Shown: positions 52,464-62,654, numbered from the stretch's first letter. The stretch: 64,000 nt of DNA from an uncultured Spirochaetota bacterium (GCA_903821875.1 CAIJMU010000016.1:36961-100960); one strand, 5' to 3'. Numbers and translations are program-made. Notes: a model not told the origin generated them from the letters alone.

Positions 52464-53312
52464 ATGGCGCATTGTGTGGTAGAGGCAGCGGAAGAGATCC
52501 TCGACAGGGAATACCCCGTGCTCGACCACGGCTTCGTGCGGCTCGTGGATTACCTCGGCGGCGACGAACGCATCGTGCAGGCAGCCCGCGTGTCCTATGG
52601 CGAGGGCACGAAGAGCTACCGCGAGGATGCGGGCCTCATCGACTACCTCCTCCGCAACGAGCATACCTCGCCCTTCGAGCAGGTAGTCCTGACCTTCCAT
52701 GTAAAGCTGCCGATCTTCGTGGCGCGGCAGTGGGTGCGCCACCGCACCGCGCGGCTCAACGAGATCTCGGGCCGCTACTCGGTCATGAAGGACGAATTCT
52801 ACCGCCCTGCGCCAGCCGACCTCGCAGCCCAGAGCTCCGACAACAAGCAGGGCCGGAAGGACGAAGCCCTGGGTTCCGAGGAGGCTGCTGCCACCCTCGC
52901 CCGTTTCGAGGCCGGCCAGCGGTCGTCATACCACGACTATTCAGTATTGGTTGAAAGTGGCCTCGCCCGCGAGATTGCCCGCATCAACCTTCCGCTCTCC
53001 CTCTACACCGAGTGGTACTGGCAGATCGATCTTCATAACTTGTTCCGTTTTCTCGCCCTCAGGCTCGACCCCCACGCCCAGCTCGAGATCCGCCGCTACG
53101 CCGAGGTCCTTCTCGGCCTCGCCCGCCTCGTGGCCCCCGCCGCAACCGCGAGCTTCGAAAGCCACCTCCTTGGCGGCACGCGCTTTTCCGTTGCGGAGAT
53201 GGCTGAGCTCAGGCGGCGGCTCGAAGGAGCTGGCGCGCCCCCTGTCAGCGGCCTCAGGGGCAAGGAACTCGAACGCTTCGAGGAAAAGCTCGCCAAGGGC
53301 AAGCAGCGCTAA
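52464..53312 (+). CDS. thyX: FAD-dependent thymidylate synthase
   Basis: ThyX motif RQWVRHRTARLNEISGRYS. Start at ATG 52464, preceded by GGGGAGGAA. Confidence 0.9.
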   Translation: MAHCVVEAAEEILDREYPVLDHGFVRLVDYLGGDERIVQAARVSYGEGTKSYREDAGLIDYLLRNEHTSPFEQVVLTFHVKLPIFVARQWVRHRTARLNEISGRYSVMKDEFYRPAPADLAAQSSDNKQGRKDEALGSEEAAATLARFEAGQRSSYHDYSVLVESGLAREIARINLPLSLYTEWYWQIDLHNLFRFLALRLDPHAQLEIRRYAEVLLGLARLVAPAATASFESHLLGGTRFSVAEMAELRRRLEGAGAPPVSGLRGKELERFEEKLAKGKQR

Positions 53313-55330
53313 TTAGATGTAATCCACCATGTCTGCGAGGCCAGGTCCACCGTAAAGGTGTAACTCCCCGCGACGGATGGCATGAAGCTCAGATTGAGCC
53401 CCTCCCAGCCATCACTGGAGCTGCCGAGGGTTCCGGGAGCGGCATGGGAGGAATCGTAGAAGACCTCGTTTCCGCCGAGGGCAGTGCTCCAGTCCGCGTT
53501 GCCGAACTTGAACTGGTAGGGGCTTCCTCCAGCGAGGGTCTGCGTGAAGCTGTAGACGCTCCCGTTCCTTGTCATCGCCGCGGAGGTCCCCCAGGCGTTG
53601 AAGCTCCCACGCAGGAAGAGGGCCGGGAGGCTGATGGACTGGAAGTCGGCCCTGACTGGGTCGTGGTCGAAGGCAACAGGAACCAATTGGTCATTCATGG
53701 CCCAGGCCCGTATCCCGTAGGCCGGAAGGCCCTTCACCGCGAGGCTGCCCTCCGCGAGGCTGCCTTCCGCGAGGGTGGCCCCGGCAAGGCTGTCGCCCTC
53801 CGTCGACCCCAGAATGCCCTTTGCCGAGTCGGCTGCGAGCGCTACGGCGCAATCCGCGGCCGTGGTGTTCAGGTTGGCGACCAGGACGACCGAAGCCCCA
53901 GCGCTGCCGCTCACCTTCAAGGCGAGTATCCCGGCTTCTGCGACGGCGAGTTGTGCGATGGAGGGCTGGTTCCAGGCTGCGTTGCTGCTGCGGAGCTTGA
54001 GGAGGGCGCGGTGCCAGGCCAGGAGGCTGTCCTTGTCGGCAGCCTGCCTCGCCTCCTCCGCCCAGTCGAAGCTCTGCCGCATGTTGATGTCGTTGCCGAC
54101 CTGGCCAGCCATGCCTATCTCGTTTCCATAGTAGACGATGGGCATTCCCTGTCCGAGGATGGACAGGGCTGCGGCGAGATAGACGCGCTTTCCGTCGCCT
54201 CCATACAGGGTCGCAGGGCGGCTGGCGGCGTTGTCGTGGTTGGACTGGAAGACTCCGAAGATCCCCCCCGCGCGCGAGACTGCCATGCTGTCATCGACCA
54301 TGTGCGAGGCCAGGCGCGCTACGGCGGCAGCTGGGGGGTCGGAGTTGAGGGCCCGTCCCAGCACATCGGGCCAGATGAAGTCGAGGGGGACGTTGAATTC
54401 CGCCACTGATCCGTTCTTCACATAGGAGAGCACATTGGACAGGTCCCCGTCCCAGTTTTCGGCGAGCATTACACGGGACCCCCCTTCCGGGTAGGCATCG
54501 AGGAGACCGGAGCGCAGCTCGTCGAAAAATGCGTGGGTCTCGCCCAGGTCCTTCCACGCGGCATCGCTGTCGCCTTCGTAGAGGTACTTCACCGCGTCGA
54601 TCCGGAGGCCGTCAAAGCCGAAGTCGAGCCAGTCCCTGGCGACCGTCCTCATCGCCGCACGCGCGCCTGGGTCGCGGAAGTTGAGGTCAGGCATGCCCGA
54701 GCCGAAAACTCCGTAATAATAGGGTCCAGTTCCCTGCCAGTCCGACCAGCTGTCGAAGCCTGTCCAGCCCGAGGGTCGTGCATCGCGCCAGAGGTACCAG
54801 GACCGGTATGCTGCGCCTGTAGACGATGATGAGTCGATAAACCAGGGATGGTTCCGGCTCGTATGGTTGGGGACAAAATCGAAGATGACCCTGATGCCGC
54901 GGGAGTGGGCTTCGCCAAGGAGGTCGGCGAGGTCGCCGAGATTTCCGTAGATCGCTGCGATGGAGTCATAGTCCTCGGTATCATAGCCGTGCTTGTTGCC
55001 CGAGCCTGAGTTGAGGCTGGTCGCCTTGAAGATGGGCGAGAGCCACAGGCCGTTTATGCCGAGGTCCGTGAAATAACCTGCCCTGAGGGCGGCCGTGATT
55101 CCCGGAAGGTCCCCGGTGTTGCCCGTGGCGAGCGAGGGCCCCGCACCCTTTCCGAAGGCGCTCACCCAGACCTGGTAGAAGGCCGTGTTGGATCGCTCCC
55201 AGCCGCGCTCGCCACCGAGGGCCCCCGGTGGCGTGAGGGGCCAGGCCCTGGGCTGCGCCGTCGGCTGCGTGCATCCGGCAAGCAGGATTCCCAGCCACAG
55301 CGCAAGAAAGCTAACAATTGGACGCTTCAC
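53309..55330 (-). CDS. Alpha-amylase family (GH13) lipoprotein with a C-terminal accessory domain
   Basis: Lipobox LLAGC|TQP. GH13 regions VIFDFVPNHTS, GLRIDAVKY, LAENWD, FQSNHDN. The GTG start overlaps the upstream stop (GTGA). Confidence 0.85.
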   Translation of the reverse strand: MKRPIVSFLALWLGILLAGCTQPTAQPRAWPLTPPGALGGERGWERSNTAFYQVWVSAFGKGAGPSLATGNTGDLPGITAALRAGYFTDLGINGLWLSPIFKATSLNSGSGNKHGYDTEDYDSIAAIYGNLGDLADLLGEAHSRGIRVIFDFVPNHTSRNHPWFIDSSSSTGAAYRSWYLWRDARPSGWTGFDSWSDWQGTGPYYYGVFGSGMPDLNFRDPGARAAMRTVARDWLDFGFDGLRIDAVKYLYEGDSDAAWKDLGETHAFFDELRSGLLDAYPEGGSRVMLAENWDGDLSNVLSYVKNGSVAEFNVPLDFIWPDVLGRALNSDPPAAAVARLASHMVDDSMAVSRAGGIFGVFQSNHDNAASRPATLYGGDGKRVYLAAALSILGQGMPIVYYGNEIGMAGQVGNDINMRQSFDWAEEARQAADKDSLLAWHRALLKLRSSNAAWNQPSIAQLAVAEAGILALKVSGSAGASVVLVANLNTTAADCAVALAADSAKGILGSTEGDSLAGATLAEGSLAEGSLAVKGLPAYGIRAWAMNDQLVPVAFDHDPVRADFQSISLPALFLRGSFNAWGTSAAMTRNGSVYSFTQTLAGGSPYQFKFGNADWSTALGGNEVFYDSSHAAPGTLGSSSDGWEGLNLSFMPSVAGSYTFTVDLASQTWWITSN

Positions 55331-57015
55331 GGAGCTTCGGTCTTTTTCCGCTCCCGGAAGGCCCTTTCAGGTGCCGATCCCGATCCCCCTGGGCCCGCCG
55401 CTGCGCCGGCCATGGATCCGGACGTGGCTCCTTCCCTCTCACGGAGCCAGGCTCCGTAGTGGAAGTCCGCCTCGAGGAAGTGCCCTCCGACGAGGCGGCC
55501 CACGATGAAGTTGAACAGGGCACCCGGGCTGCTTTCGACCCTGGATGCAGCGTCCCGTATGGCCCGGGCGTCGCGGCTGATCACTTCGTGGAGTCGCGCG
55601 TGTTCTGCAAGCCCCATCCAGCCGGCTACCTTGAGGATCGATTCCTCAAGCGCGAACTCGGCCGAGAGCCTTTCGAGGAGGGCGTCGAAGCGTGCGATGA
55701 AGGTCGCCTTGTCGGTGGAGCTGCCTGCGAGTTCCAGGAAGGTCCCCGCAGCCTCGATGAGGCCCCTGTGGCTGTCGTCGATCCGCTGATCCCCCGAAGC
55801 CCATTCCGGCTTCCATTCGAGCCTGACCACCGAGGCTGGAGGCAGGACCCACTCGTGTTCGAAGCCGACCACGCAGCTCCCCCCGGCCTCGCGCGCCATG
55901 TATATGGTGTGCTCGAGGCGTTTGAAGAGCTGTGAGGGCGTCTCCTGGGCCTGCCATTCCACGATACCAATACTAACGGTCATCGGTCCTGCGCCGGGGA
56001 AGTTCTCCGCCTCGATGGCCTGCCTGAGCTTCTCGCCCAGCACGAGGCCGGCGCCCTGGGTCGTCTGTGGAGCCACGACGACGAACTCGGCCTCCCCGCG
56101 GCGGAAGAGGCCGTCCGACTCCCTGATGTGTCCCTTCACGAGGGCGGCGAGCTTTTTTACGATCGGCCCTGCGGCTGCCCTGCCCGCGCCTTCGAGGGAG
56201 GCCGTAAAACGGTCGAGGGCCACGATGGCGAGCGTGAGGGGCCGGCTGTAGCGGGCGGCGCGCTCGAGTTCCACCGGAAGGGAGACCTCGAGGAAGTGGC
56301 GGTTCCCGATGCCGGTCAGTCCGTCAGTCATGGTCATGTCCGCCAGCGTCGCTTCTGATTTCCCGAGATCGCTCTTAAGCGAGGCGTAGTCGAGCATGAG
56401 CACCAGGCCTGCGAAGGCGATGACCTGGATGATGGTAAAGGCTGATGTGAAGGCGTTCACGAAGCTGTTGTCAAAGGGCTTTGCTTCCGGGGAGGAGCTC
56501 ACCAGGAAAAGGATTATGCGAAGGCCGTGACAGGCGATGAGTGTGGCGGCAAGGACGAGGCTTCCCTTCCTGAAGGGCTCAGCGACCCGCGGATTCCTCG
56601 GCCAGAAGGCAAATATGAGTTCGGCAGTGGCAGCGACGGTGAATACCGACGCGAAGATAGCCCTGAGGTTGTTGGCAGGGAGGCCTAAGGCCAGGACTGC
56701 CAGGAGGATGAACCAGGCCCCGAGGAGGATCCAGAGGCGCCAGGTCCAGGCGGGGCTCGCTTCAAGGAAGGTCCTGGCTCCCCAGACGAGGCCGACTAGC
56801 CAGGCCAGGCTTAGCATGTTGGCAACAACGATGCCCAAGAGGGGGCCCAGGTCTTCCTGGAAGGGGAGGAGGATAAAGCCCAAAGCGCCGCAAATAAAGG
56901 CAGCGGCAAAGATGAACTGCAGCTGTTTTCGCCCAGCAACAGCTTGCAGCACCATGAGCGCCGCGACTGCTACCGAGACCAGGGCGACTGCGAAGGCAAG
57001 GGTCCTTGTATCCAT
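55327..57015 (-). CDS. Membrane sensor protein: N-terminal multi-TM domain, degenerate GGDEF domain, C-terminal hemerythrin-like domain
   Basis: DGLTGIGNRHFL starts the GGDEF domain. The GG[DE]EF position reads GEAEF and the upstream DxD-type Asp reads ALDRF. RESD (RxxD) lies 5 residues before the motif. The C-terminus W..EW..G...IDDSHRGLI...HARLH...HFLEADFHY is hemerythrin-like. Confidence 0.75.
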   Translation of the reverse strand: MDTRTLAFAVALVSVAVAALMVLQAVAGRKQLQFIFAAAFICGALGFILLPFQEDLGPLLGIVVANMLSLAWLVGLVWGARTFLEASPAWTWRLWILLGAWFILLAVLALGLPANNLRAIFASVFTVAATAELIFAFWPRNPRVAEPFRKGSLVLAATLIACHGLRIILFLVSSSPEAKPFDNSFVNAFTSAFTIIQVIAFAGLVLMLDYASLKSDLGKSEATLADMTMTDGLTGIGNRHFLEVSLPVELERAARYSRPLTLAIVALDRFTASLEGAGRAAAGPIVKKLAALVKGHIRESDGLFRRGEAEFVVVAPQTTQGAGLVLGEKLRQAIEAENFPGAGPMTVSIGIVEWQAQETPSQLFKRLEHTIYMAREAGGSCVVGFEHEWVLPPASVVRLEWKPEWASGDQRIDDSHRGLIEAAGTFLELAGSSTDKATFIARFDALLERLSAEFALEESILKVAGWMGLAEHARLHEVISRDARAIRDAASRVESSPGALFNFIVGRLVGGHFLEADFHYGAWLREREGATSGSMAGAAAGPGGSGSAPERAFRERKKTEAP

Positions 57016-57070
57016 TGTCCTAGACTACCCTTCCCAAGCCTCCATTGTCATCGCATGCTGATGGGTCCCT

Positions 57071-57760
57071 TCAGTCACCCCGCTCGCGTCCTATGGTCGT
57101 GGGCCCTCCGTGGCCAGGAAAGACCCTGGTCTCGGGCGGGAGTGAGAAGAGCCTGCCTGCGATGCTCTGCCGGAGCGCCGCCCCGTCGGAGTCAGGGCCG
57201 TCAGTGCGTCCGACGCCGTCCCTGAAAAGGGTGTCGCCTGAAATGAGGAAGCCCTGTCCCGCGTGGTACAGGCATATCGAACCGGCTGTGTGACCCGGCG
57301 TATGGATAACCACCCACCCTGCGCCAGGCAGGGTCTGGCCCCCCTCGACCAGGATGTCCGCCTCGGGCAGGGGCGCCCACAGTGCGCTGAAGAACTCAGA
57401 GGCCCCGATCGCTGCGAAGAGTGCCCGGTTGGTTTCTTCCCCCTTCTGGCCAAGCCAGCATGCATCCCGGCTGTGTATCGCGATCGGAAGCTCCCGACCC
57501 TTGGCACGGGCTGCTGCCACCAGTTCTGGAACCGCAGAAGTGTGGTCGAGGTGACCGTGGGTCAGGGCAATCAGGACAGGCTCGAAGTGCCGGTCCTCGA
57601 GAAAGCGGATGATGCGCTCCCCGTCGCCGCCTGGGTCGACCACGACGACAGAGGTGGAACCCTTTCCGCCATCCTGGGTCTGAGCCTCGCCCTCGTCGGG
57701 ATCGGCAGGAACTATCCAGCAGTTGCTGCCGATCGCGCCTACAAGAATTCGTTCGATCAT
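57071..57760 (-). CDS. MBL-fold metallo-hydrolase (glyoxalase-II-like)
   Basis: LTHGHLDH motif, HTPGHTAGS, 229 aa. Confidence 0.8.
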   Translation of the reverse strand: MIERILVGAIGSNCWIVPADPDEGEAQTQDGGKGSTSVVVVDPGGDGERIIRFLEDRHFEPVLIALTHGHLDHTSAVPELVAAARAKGRELPIAIHSRDACWLGQKGEETNRALFAAIGASEFFSALWAPLPEADILVEGGQTLPGAGWVVIHTPGHTAGSICLYHAGQGFLISGDTLFRDGVGRTDGPDSDGAALRQSIAGRLFSLPPETRVFPGHGGPTTIGRERGD

Positions 57761-57801
57761 GGTAGGGTCACCCTATCGCGCGCGAAAGCCGAGGGCAAGC
57801 G

Positions 57802-58731
57802 ATGCTGGCTCCTTTGTATACGGCCATCCTGGTCGCCATCCTGTTCTATGTCCTCGTTCCCGTCCTGGGCGCCTTCCACACGCACAGGCGCTGGAGGATT
57901 TTCCGTTCTCGTCTCGTCGCGCTCAGCGGAGCAGCAGAGCTCAACGAGCTGGTTTCGGTTGGCGGAGCTAGCAGCGGGGGCGAAGCCTTGACTGTCCGCT
58001 TTACAGGCGATATCGAGGGCATCGAGGGCTCAGGCCGGATCTGGCTCCGGGGCGAGGGGGCGACCGCCGTCGTCGATCTCGGGAAGGCCCCCTTCCACGT
58101 CCTCGCTGATGAGGGCGGTGGCCAGAGGGCCCTTGGCCGCAATTCCTTTGTGGAGAGCCTGCCCTGGCAGCGCGTCAGGATGGTCCCCGAGGGTACAAAG
58201 CTCTACGCCGGAGGGCTCCTCCGCTTCGAGGGGGGCACGCCGGTGATCTACGGCACAGCCAAGGAGCCCCTCATCGCGCTTTCCTGGACCGGCGACGAAC
58301 AAAGCCTCCTCGAGCGGGCCATCGCCGGCGGGCGCAAGGAAAACGAGTACTGGAGCCCCCTTTCGAGGGCCTCTGTGGGAGTGGGCATCGGTTTGCAGGC
58401 GATTTTGCTGCTGCTGATCTGGCCTTTTGCCTTCCCCTCGGTCCGCTATCTCACCTTTCTCGTCGGATTCTCTCCCATCCTCTGCCTCCTTCCGCCGGGG
58501 CTGCCCTTCTTTTTTCTGTATGTCCGCTTCTGGCGACTTGCCCTGCTTGCCCGGATCGAGCGCGACGCTCTCGCCTTGCCTAGCCCCTTCCCCACAGACG
58601 CCTCCCAAAAAGACCATCATGGGCGGACTTCGACGAGGGCCTTTCGCCAAGTCATGCTATCTGGTCTTTTCCTGGCCCTCGACCTCGGTCTCAACTTCTT
58701 CCTGGCCATATGGATCTGGCGACTGATATAG
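57802..58731 (+). CDS. Hypothetical membrane protein
   Basis: 309 aa with an N-terminal TM helix, a soluble middle region and 3-4 C-terminal TM helices. No family recognised. Confidence 0.5.
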   Translation: MLAPLYTAILVAILFYVLVPVLGAFHTHRRWRIFRSRLVALSGAAELNELVSVGGASSGGEALTVRFTGDIEGIEGSGRIWLRGEGATAVVDLGKAPFHVLADEGGGQRALGRNSFVESLPWQRVRMVPEGTKLYAGGLLRFEGGTPVIYGTAKEPLIALSWTGDEQSLLERAIAGGRKENEYWSPLSRASVGVGIGLQAILLLLIWPFAFPSVRYLTFLVGFSPILCLLPPGLPFFFLYVRFWRLALLARIERDALALPSPFPTDASQKDHHGRTSTRAFRQVMLSGLFLALDLGLNFFLAIWIWRLI

Positions 58732-58764
58732 TTGCGCGTCGTGAATATATAAGGTGGAGCTTGC

Positions 58765-60450
58765 ATGCCTTCTCATAGACAGCCTTCCCGAGTACAGTTC
58801 GCCCTTCTCGCGCTGTGCTTCCTTTTTCTGATAGCCAATCCCCTTGCCGCAGAAGAATACGGTCCAGCTAGCCCCGAAGTCCTCGCCCTTTCCAATGCCT
58901 ATGTCCGGGGGGGGATACTCTTTCCCTGGACCAGCTACCCCGTTTCCGGGATGAAGCTGCGGGAGCTCGCTGACTCTCTTGCTTCCACAGGCATTGAGTT
59001 GCCATCCCTGCCACTTTTCTATCCCGTACACGGTGCTACTGAGGAGGTTTCATCCCTTTCTGGCTACCTGAAGTACAACTACACGCGCATCTCCAGCAGC
59101 CAGCAGAGCCTTGTCCAACCCGACGCCCCCCGCGATGGCATCGACCTCCAACGGGGCTGGCTAGCCCTGCCGCCCCTCGCTGCGGCGGGCTTTGTTGCCA
59201 GCTCTGATACCGGCCTTTCCATCGAATTCGACGGTGTGTTGCGTTCGCCGCGACCCGAAGGTCGCCTCTCGATCGACAATCTGCCAGGATTCACTACGGG
59301 GGTAGGTCCGTCCATCGACCACCATATACTTGGGCGGGGCATCCTCTCCTGGGAAAACCCAGCCTTCCGCGTCTGGTTTGGTCGCGACACAATGCAGATC
59401 GGCGCTCCGGATCTTTCGACCCTCTATCCCTCGAAGTTGCTCCCCTATATGGATGCTGCCCGTCTCCAGGGCAGGGCTGGACCGGTGAATCTTGATTGGA
59501 CGGTCTCTACATTTCTTCCGGTCAAGAACTGGGAGGGCCTCGACGTGGACAATGCAGCTAAGCCTTTCGAGCGAAACTGGGGCGGACAATGGTGGAGCAG
59601 CAGTGACTTCAATCCCACAACCATCCTGTATGTTGCGCATCGACTGGAGTTTGTCGGCGATCGCCTTTCCTTCGCTCTGGGCGAACAGATCATCTATGCC
59701 CGCCCCAATAACTCCTACGAAATCAAGAATTTCTTGCCGGTCGGCACCTTCCACGCCAACGACACCTATCCCGACAACATGAACCTTATCTTCGAGTTCG
59801 GGGCGGCTCTCCTTCCCGGTCTGACTCTTCGGGCGATGGCCGGTTTCGACGACCTCAGCTCCGACATAATAGGGATAGCCGACAGCCCTGTTCCCACAAT
59901 CCCGGCTGCCATACTGGGCTTCGAGTTCTCCGGCGCGCCGGTCAAAATTCCTCTTTCAGGCATCATCGAGGGAGGCTACACCCACTACCTTTGGGGCAAT
60001 TTTGATGCCGATCAGAACCAGAGCGGCAACTGGTATGGCAACGGCGAGTTCCTCGCACGGATGATTGCCCGCTATGAATACGATGGGGGAGGAGTGCTGC
60101 TTCCTCTCACCAGTCCCTACGGACCGGGAGCGCTATGGGCAAGGGGTCTGGCCCGGGTGGTTCTGCCGGTCAGGGACCTCAATCTCGAGGTTCGAGCCCT
60201 CTTCCTCTCCAAAAACAAGTCGACGAACCTGGTTTCGACAGCCTATGCCTCCGATCCGGCAGTCGAGAAAGCCACCAGGACCGTGCTGGCTGAAATCCGG
60301 GTAGCCCTGAGCTATACCATCGCGTTGACAGGAGCATCCCTTGCACTGTGCGCAGAACCCGTCGTAACCCTTCTCGATGGGAAATTGGGAACGGGAGTTT
60401 GCATTGCAGGCAGTCTCGATTTGTCATTCAAGGACACCCGGAGGCAGTAG
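58765..60450 (+). CDS. Secreted/outer-membrane hypothetical protein (Wzi-like role is speculative)
   Basis: Signal peptide FALLALCFLFLIANPLAAEE. 561 aa, rich in aromatic/Gly beta-strand-like segments. RBS AAGGTGGAG. Lies upstream of an EPS-type gene set. Confidence 0.45.
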   Translation: MPSHRQPSRVQFALLALCFLFLIANPLAAEEYGPASPEVLALSNAYVRGGILFPWTSYPVSGMKLRELADSLASTGIELPSLPLFYPVHGATEEVSSLSGYLKYNYTRISSSQQSLVQPDAPRDGIDLQRGWLALPPLAAAGFVASSDTGLSIEFDGVLRSPRPEGRLSIDNLPGFTTGVGPSIDHHILGRGILSWENPAFRVWFGRDTMQIGAPDLSTLYPSKLLPYMDAARLQGRAGPVNLDWTVSTFLPVKNWEGLDVDNAAKPFERNWGGQWWSSSDFNPTTILYVAHRLEFVGDRLSFALGEQIIYARPNNSYEIKNFLPVGTFHANDTYPDNMNLIFEFGAALLPGLTLRAMAGFDDLSSDIIGIADSPVPTIPAAILGFEFSGAPVKIPLSGIIEGGYTHYLWGNFDADQNQSGNWYGNGEFLARMIARYEYDGGGVLLPLTSPYGPGALWARGLARVVLPVRDLNLEVRALFLSKNKSTNLVSTAYASDPAVEKATRTVLAEIRVALSYTIALTGASLALCAEPVVTLLDGKLGTGVCIAGSLDLSFKDTRRQ

Positions 60451-60646
60451 GCTCGACCTCGATTCTGGATGTTGATGTGGGGCTATCGATGTGATAGTCT
60501 ATTGTTCAAGCTTTGAACGATTATCTCGATAGACCTGTGTTCTATTAGGTGGGGCCATGCAGGAGTCCGTTTCGACGACCCTGATACGCTCCGCTGCCAC
60601 GTACTCCCCTCCTTTTTGCGCGCCGCATTGGCGCGAAGGCTTTGCC

Positions 60647-61225
60647 ATGCCAGCTATAACTTCCAGCTCTTCGGAGTTGGAACTCCTCGCTACAATCCAA
60701 ATCGCCTCATCCAGGGGTTGCGTGACCCAACGGGAGTTGGCCAAGTCAGCAGGCCTTTCCCTTGGCAAAACCAATCTCCTGCTCCGTCGACTAGAGGAGC
60801 TTGGGTGGCTTGCAATCCAGCGTCATACACCAAAAAACGTCAGCTATGTCCTCACCCCGATGGGAGGTGCCGAGCTTAGCTATCGGAATCGTGTGAACTT
60901 CGAGGAAGCAAGCCTTGGTCTGGCGGAAAAGACAGCCCCTATCGAAGGCTTTATTTCTGCAGCCAAGGCCCGGGGGGCCCATGCCGCTGTCCTTGTAGGG
61001 GCGAGTGCCCTCGATCTCATCCTCGAGCGGATCTGCGATGGTACGGGATTGCCTCTCCTCAAGAGCGCCGACCTCGGACGCTGGATTTCGGATGGCAACG
61101 CAGCGTACGCGCTAATCAGGGGCGAGTTCGGGCCGGCCCTTACTGATGAAGCCCGCGAGTCTGGTCACTGGCTCGATCTTGGCTTCAGGACTCCGCAACT
61201 GGAACCCAGCAAAAATGCAGTGTGA
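60647..61225 (+). CDS. Winged-helix (MarR-like) transcriptional regulator
   Basis: SELELLATIQIASSRGCVTQRELAKSAGLSLGKTNLLLRRLEELGWL. Start taken at internal ATG 60647. Confidence 0.6.
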   Translation: MPAITSSSSELELLATIQIASSRGCVTQRELAKSAGLSLGKTNLLLRRLEELGWLAIQRHTPKNVSYVLTPMGGAELSYRNRVNFEEASLGLAEKTAPIEGFISAAKARGAHAAVLVGASALDLILERICDGTGLPLLKSADLGRWISDGNAAYALIRGEFGPALTDEARESGHWLDLGFRTPQLEPSKNAV

Positions 61226-62654
61226 GGAGTTCATTAAAAGCTACTCCGGCAAGACCCGTTTCGGGGTAGTGCCGATGTCGCTGGTCTTTATCGCGAGCGA
61301 CATCCTCGTAGTGCTGCTCAGTTTCATGACTGGTTTCCTCATCATGAACTCTGTCGCGAGCTTGAACATCAACTTCAAATCATTTATTAACTATTGGTAC
61401 TATATTCCTGCCTTTTCCCTTGTCTTCGCCCTCGTCCAGCTCTATCCGGGAGACAACCACTCCCACCCGGAGGAACTGCGCCGCTTTGCCCTTGCCTCTA
61501 TGTTCGCACACATGGGCATCATCGTGTCGCGCGCCATCCTCCAATCGACCCTCGACGCCTACTCCATGGCCTTCGCGCTAAGCCTCGTGGTGAGTATCCT
61601 ATATTTCCCTTCCGGACGCGGCACTGTCCGGAGGCTCCTGATGAAGCAGCCCTGGTGGGGCGTTCCTGTGGTCGTGTTCGGCGCCAGTGATTCGGGACGG
61701 CTTCTCGTCGATCGTCTGCTCAGGCATCCCTGGCTGGCCATCCGTCCCGTCGCCTTCCTCGATGACAATCCGGACCTGGGGGACTCGTACCATGGCGTCC
61801 CGATCATCTATGGAACCTCCAACGGTCCCCGCTTGGCCGGTGAATGCGGTATCGACCGCGCGATAGTCGCCATGCCCGGCGTAAACCGTTCAGTCGTTGC
61901 CAATATCGTTTCAGACAACGTGCGCGCCTTCAAGCGCTATACCTTCATTCCGGACTATTTTGGCATGACCAACATGTGGGTGAATGTCCGTGACTTCGAC
62001 GGCATCATGGGACTCGAAATCGACCAGAAGCTGCTCGGGACGCTCAATCAGGTTCTCAAGCGCCTGCTCGACGTCGTGATCGTCATATTTGGTGGAATCA
62101 TCACTGTTCCCTTCTTTCTGCTCATCGCGCTGCTCATCAAGATCGACACTCCTGGACCCGTGTTCTATGGCCACCACCGGCTAGGCCGTAATGGTGTACC
62201 ATTCAAAGCCTGGAAGTTCCGTTCGATGGTCAGAAACTCAAGGGAAGTGCTCGAGGAGCTCCTGGCCTGCGACCCCGATGCCAGCGCTGAGTGGGAGGGC
62301 AATTTCAAGCTGCGGGAAGATCCCCGCATCACCCGCATGGGGCATTTTCTCAGGAAGACCAGTCTCGACGAGTTGCCCCAGATCTGGAACGTGCTGATAG
62401 GCCAGATGAGCCTTGTCGGTCCCCGCCCCATCATAGAGGCCGAGATCGATAAATACGGTCATAATTATGCATTATTTTCAAGTGTCAAGCCCGGCATGTC
62501 CGGACTGTGGCAGGTTTCAGGCCGCTCGGACCTCGACTACGAAGAGCGCGTCGCCCTCGACATCTATTACATCCAGAGCTGGTCACTCTGGCTCGACCTC
62601 TACATCCTGCTCAAGACCTTCGGTGTCGTCGTCGTGGGGATTGGCGCGTATTGA
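61215..62654 (+). CDS. Polyprenyl-phosphate glycosyl-1-phosphate transferase (WbaP/exopolysaccharide priming enzyme family)
   Basis: N-terminal TM helices, then the bacterial sugar-transferase domain KRLLDVVIVIFG...PGPVFYGHHRLGRNGVPFKAWKFRSM...DPRITRMGHFLRKTSLDELPQIWNVLIGQMSLVGPRP. Start ambiguous (61215 or 61275). Confidence 0.85.
   Translation: MQCEEFIKSYSGKTRFGVVPMSLVFIASDILVVLLSFMTGFLIMNSVASLNINFKSFINYWYYIPAFSLVFALVQLYPGDNHSHPEELRRFALASMFAHMGIIVSRAILQSTLDAYSMAFALSLVVSILYFPSGRGTVRRLLMKQPWWGVPVVVFGASDSGRLLVDRLLRHPWLAIRPVAFLDDNPDLGDSYHGVPIIYGTSNGPRLAGECGIDRAIVAMPGVNRSVVANIVSDNVRAFKRYTFIPDYFGMTNMWVNVRDFDGIMGLEIDQKLLGTLNQVLKRLLDVVIVIFGGIITVPFFLLIALLIKIDTPGPVFYGHHRLGRNGVPFKAWKFRSMVRNSREVLEELLACDPDASAEWEGNFKLREDPRITRMGHFLRKTSLDELPQIWNVLIGQMSLVGPRPIIEAEIDKYGHNYALFSSVKPGMSGLWQVSGRSDLDYEERVALDIYYIQSWSLWLDLYILLKTFGVVVVGIGAY

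Noticed and set aside
53309-53312. 4-nt overlap of the convergent thyX and amylase stop codons. A similar case is the 5-nt gap between the SIMPL gene and the corrected radical SAM stop at 8386-8390.
   Set aside because: Tight convergent packing is common in this window. No specific signal is attached to it.
53738-53780. 15-bp tandem repeat CGCGAGGCTGCC(C/T)TC, about 2.8 copies, inside the alpha-amylase gene. It encodes ..LAEGSLAEGSLA..
   Set aside because: It is a small in-frame duplication in a linker between the catalytic and C-terminal domains. There is no indication of function beyond ordinary slippage.
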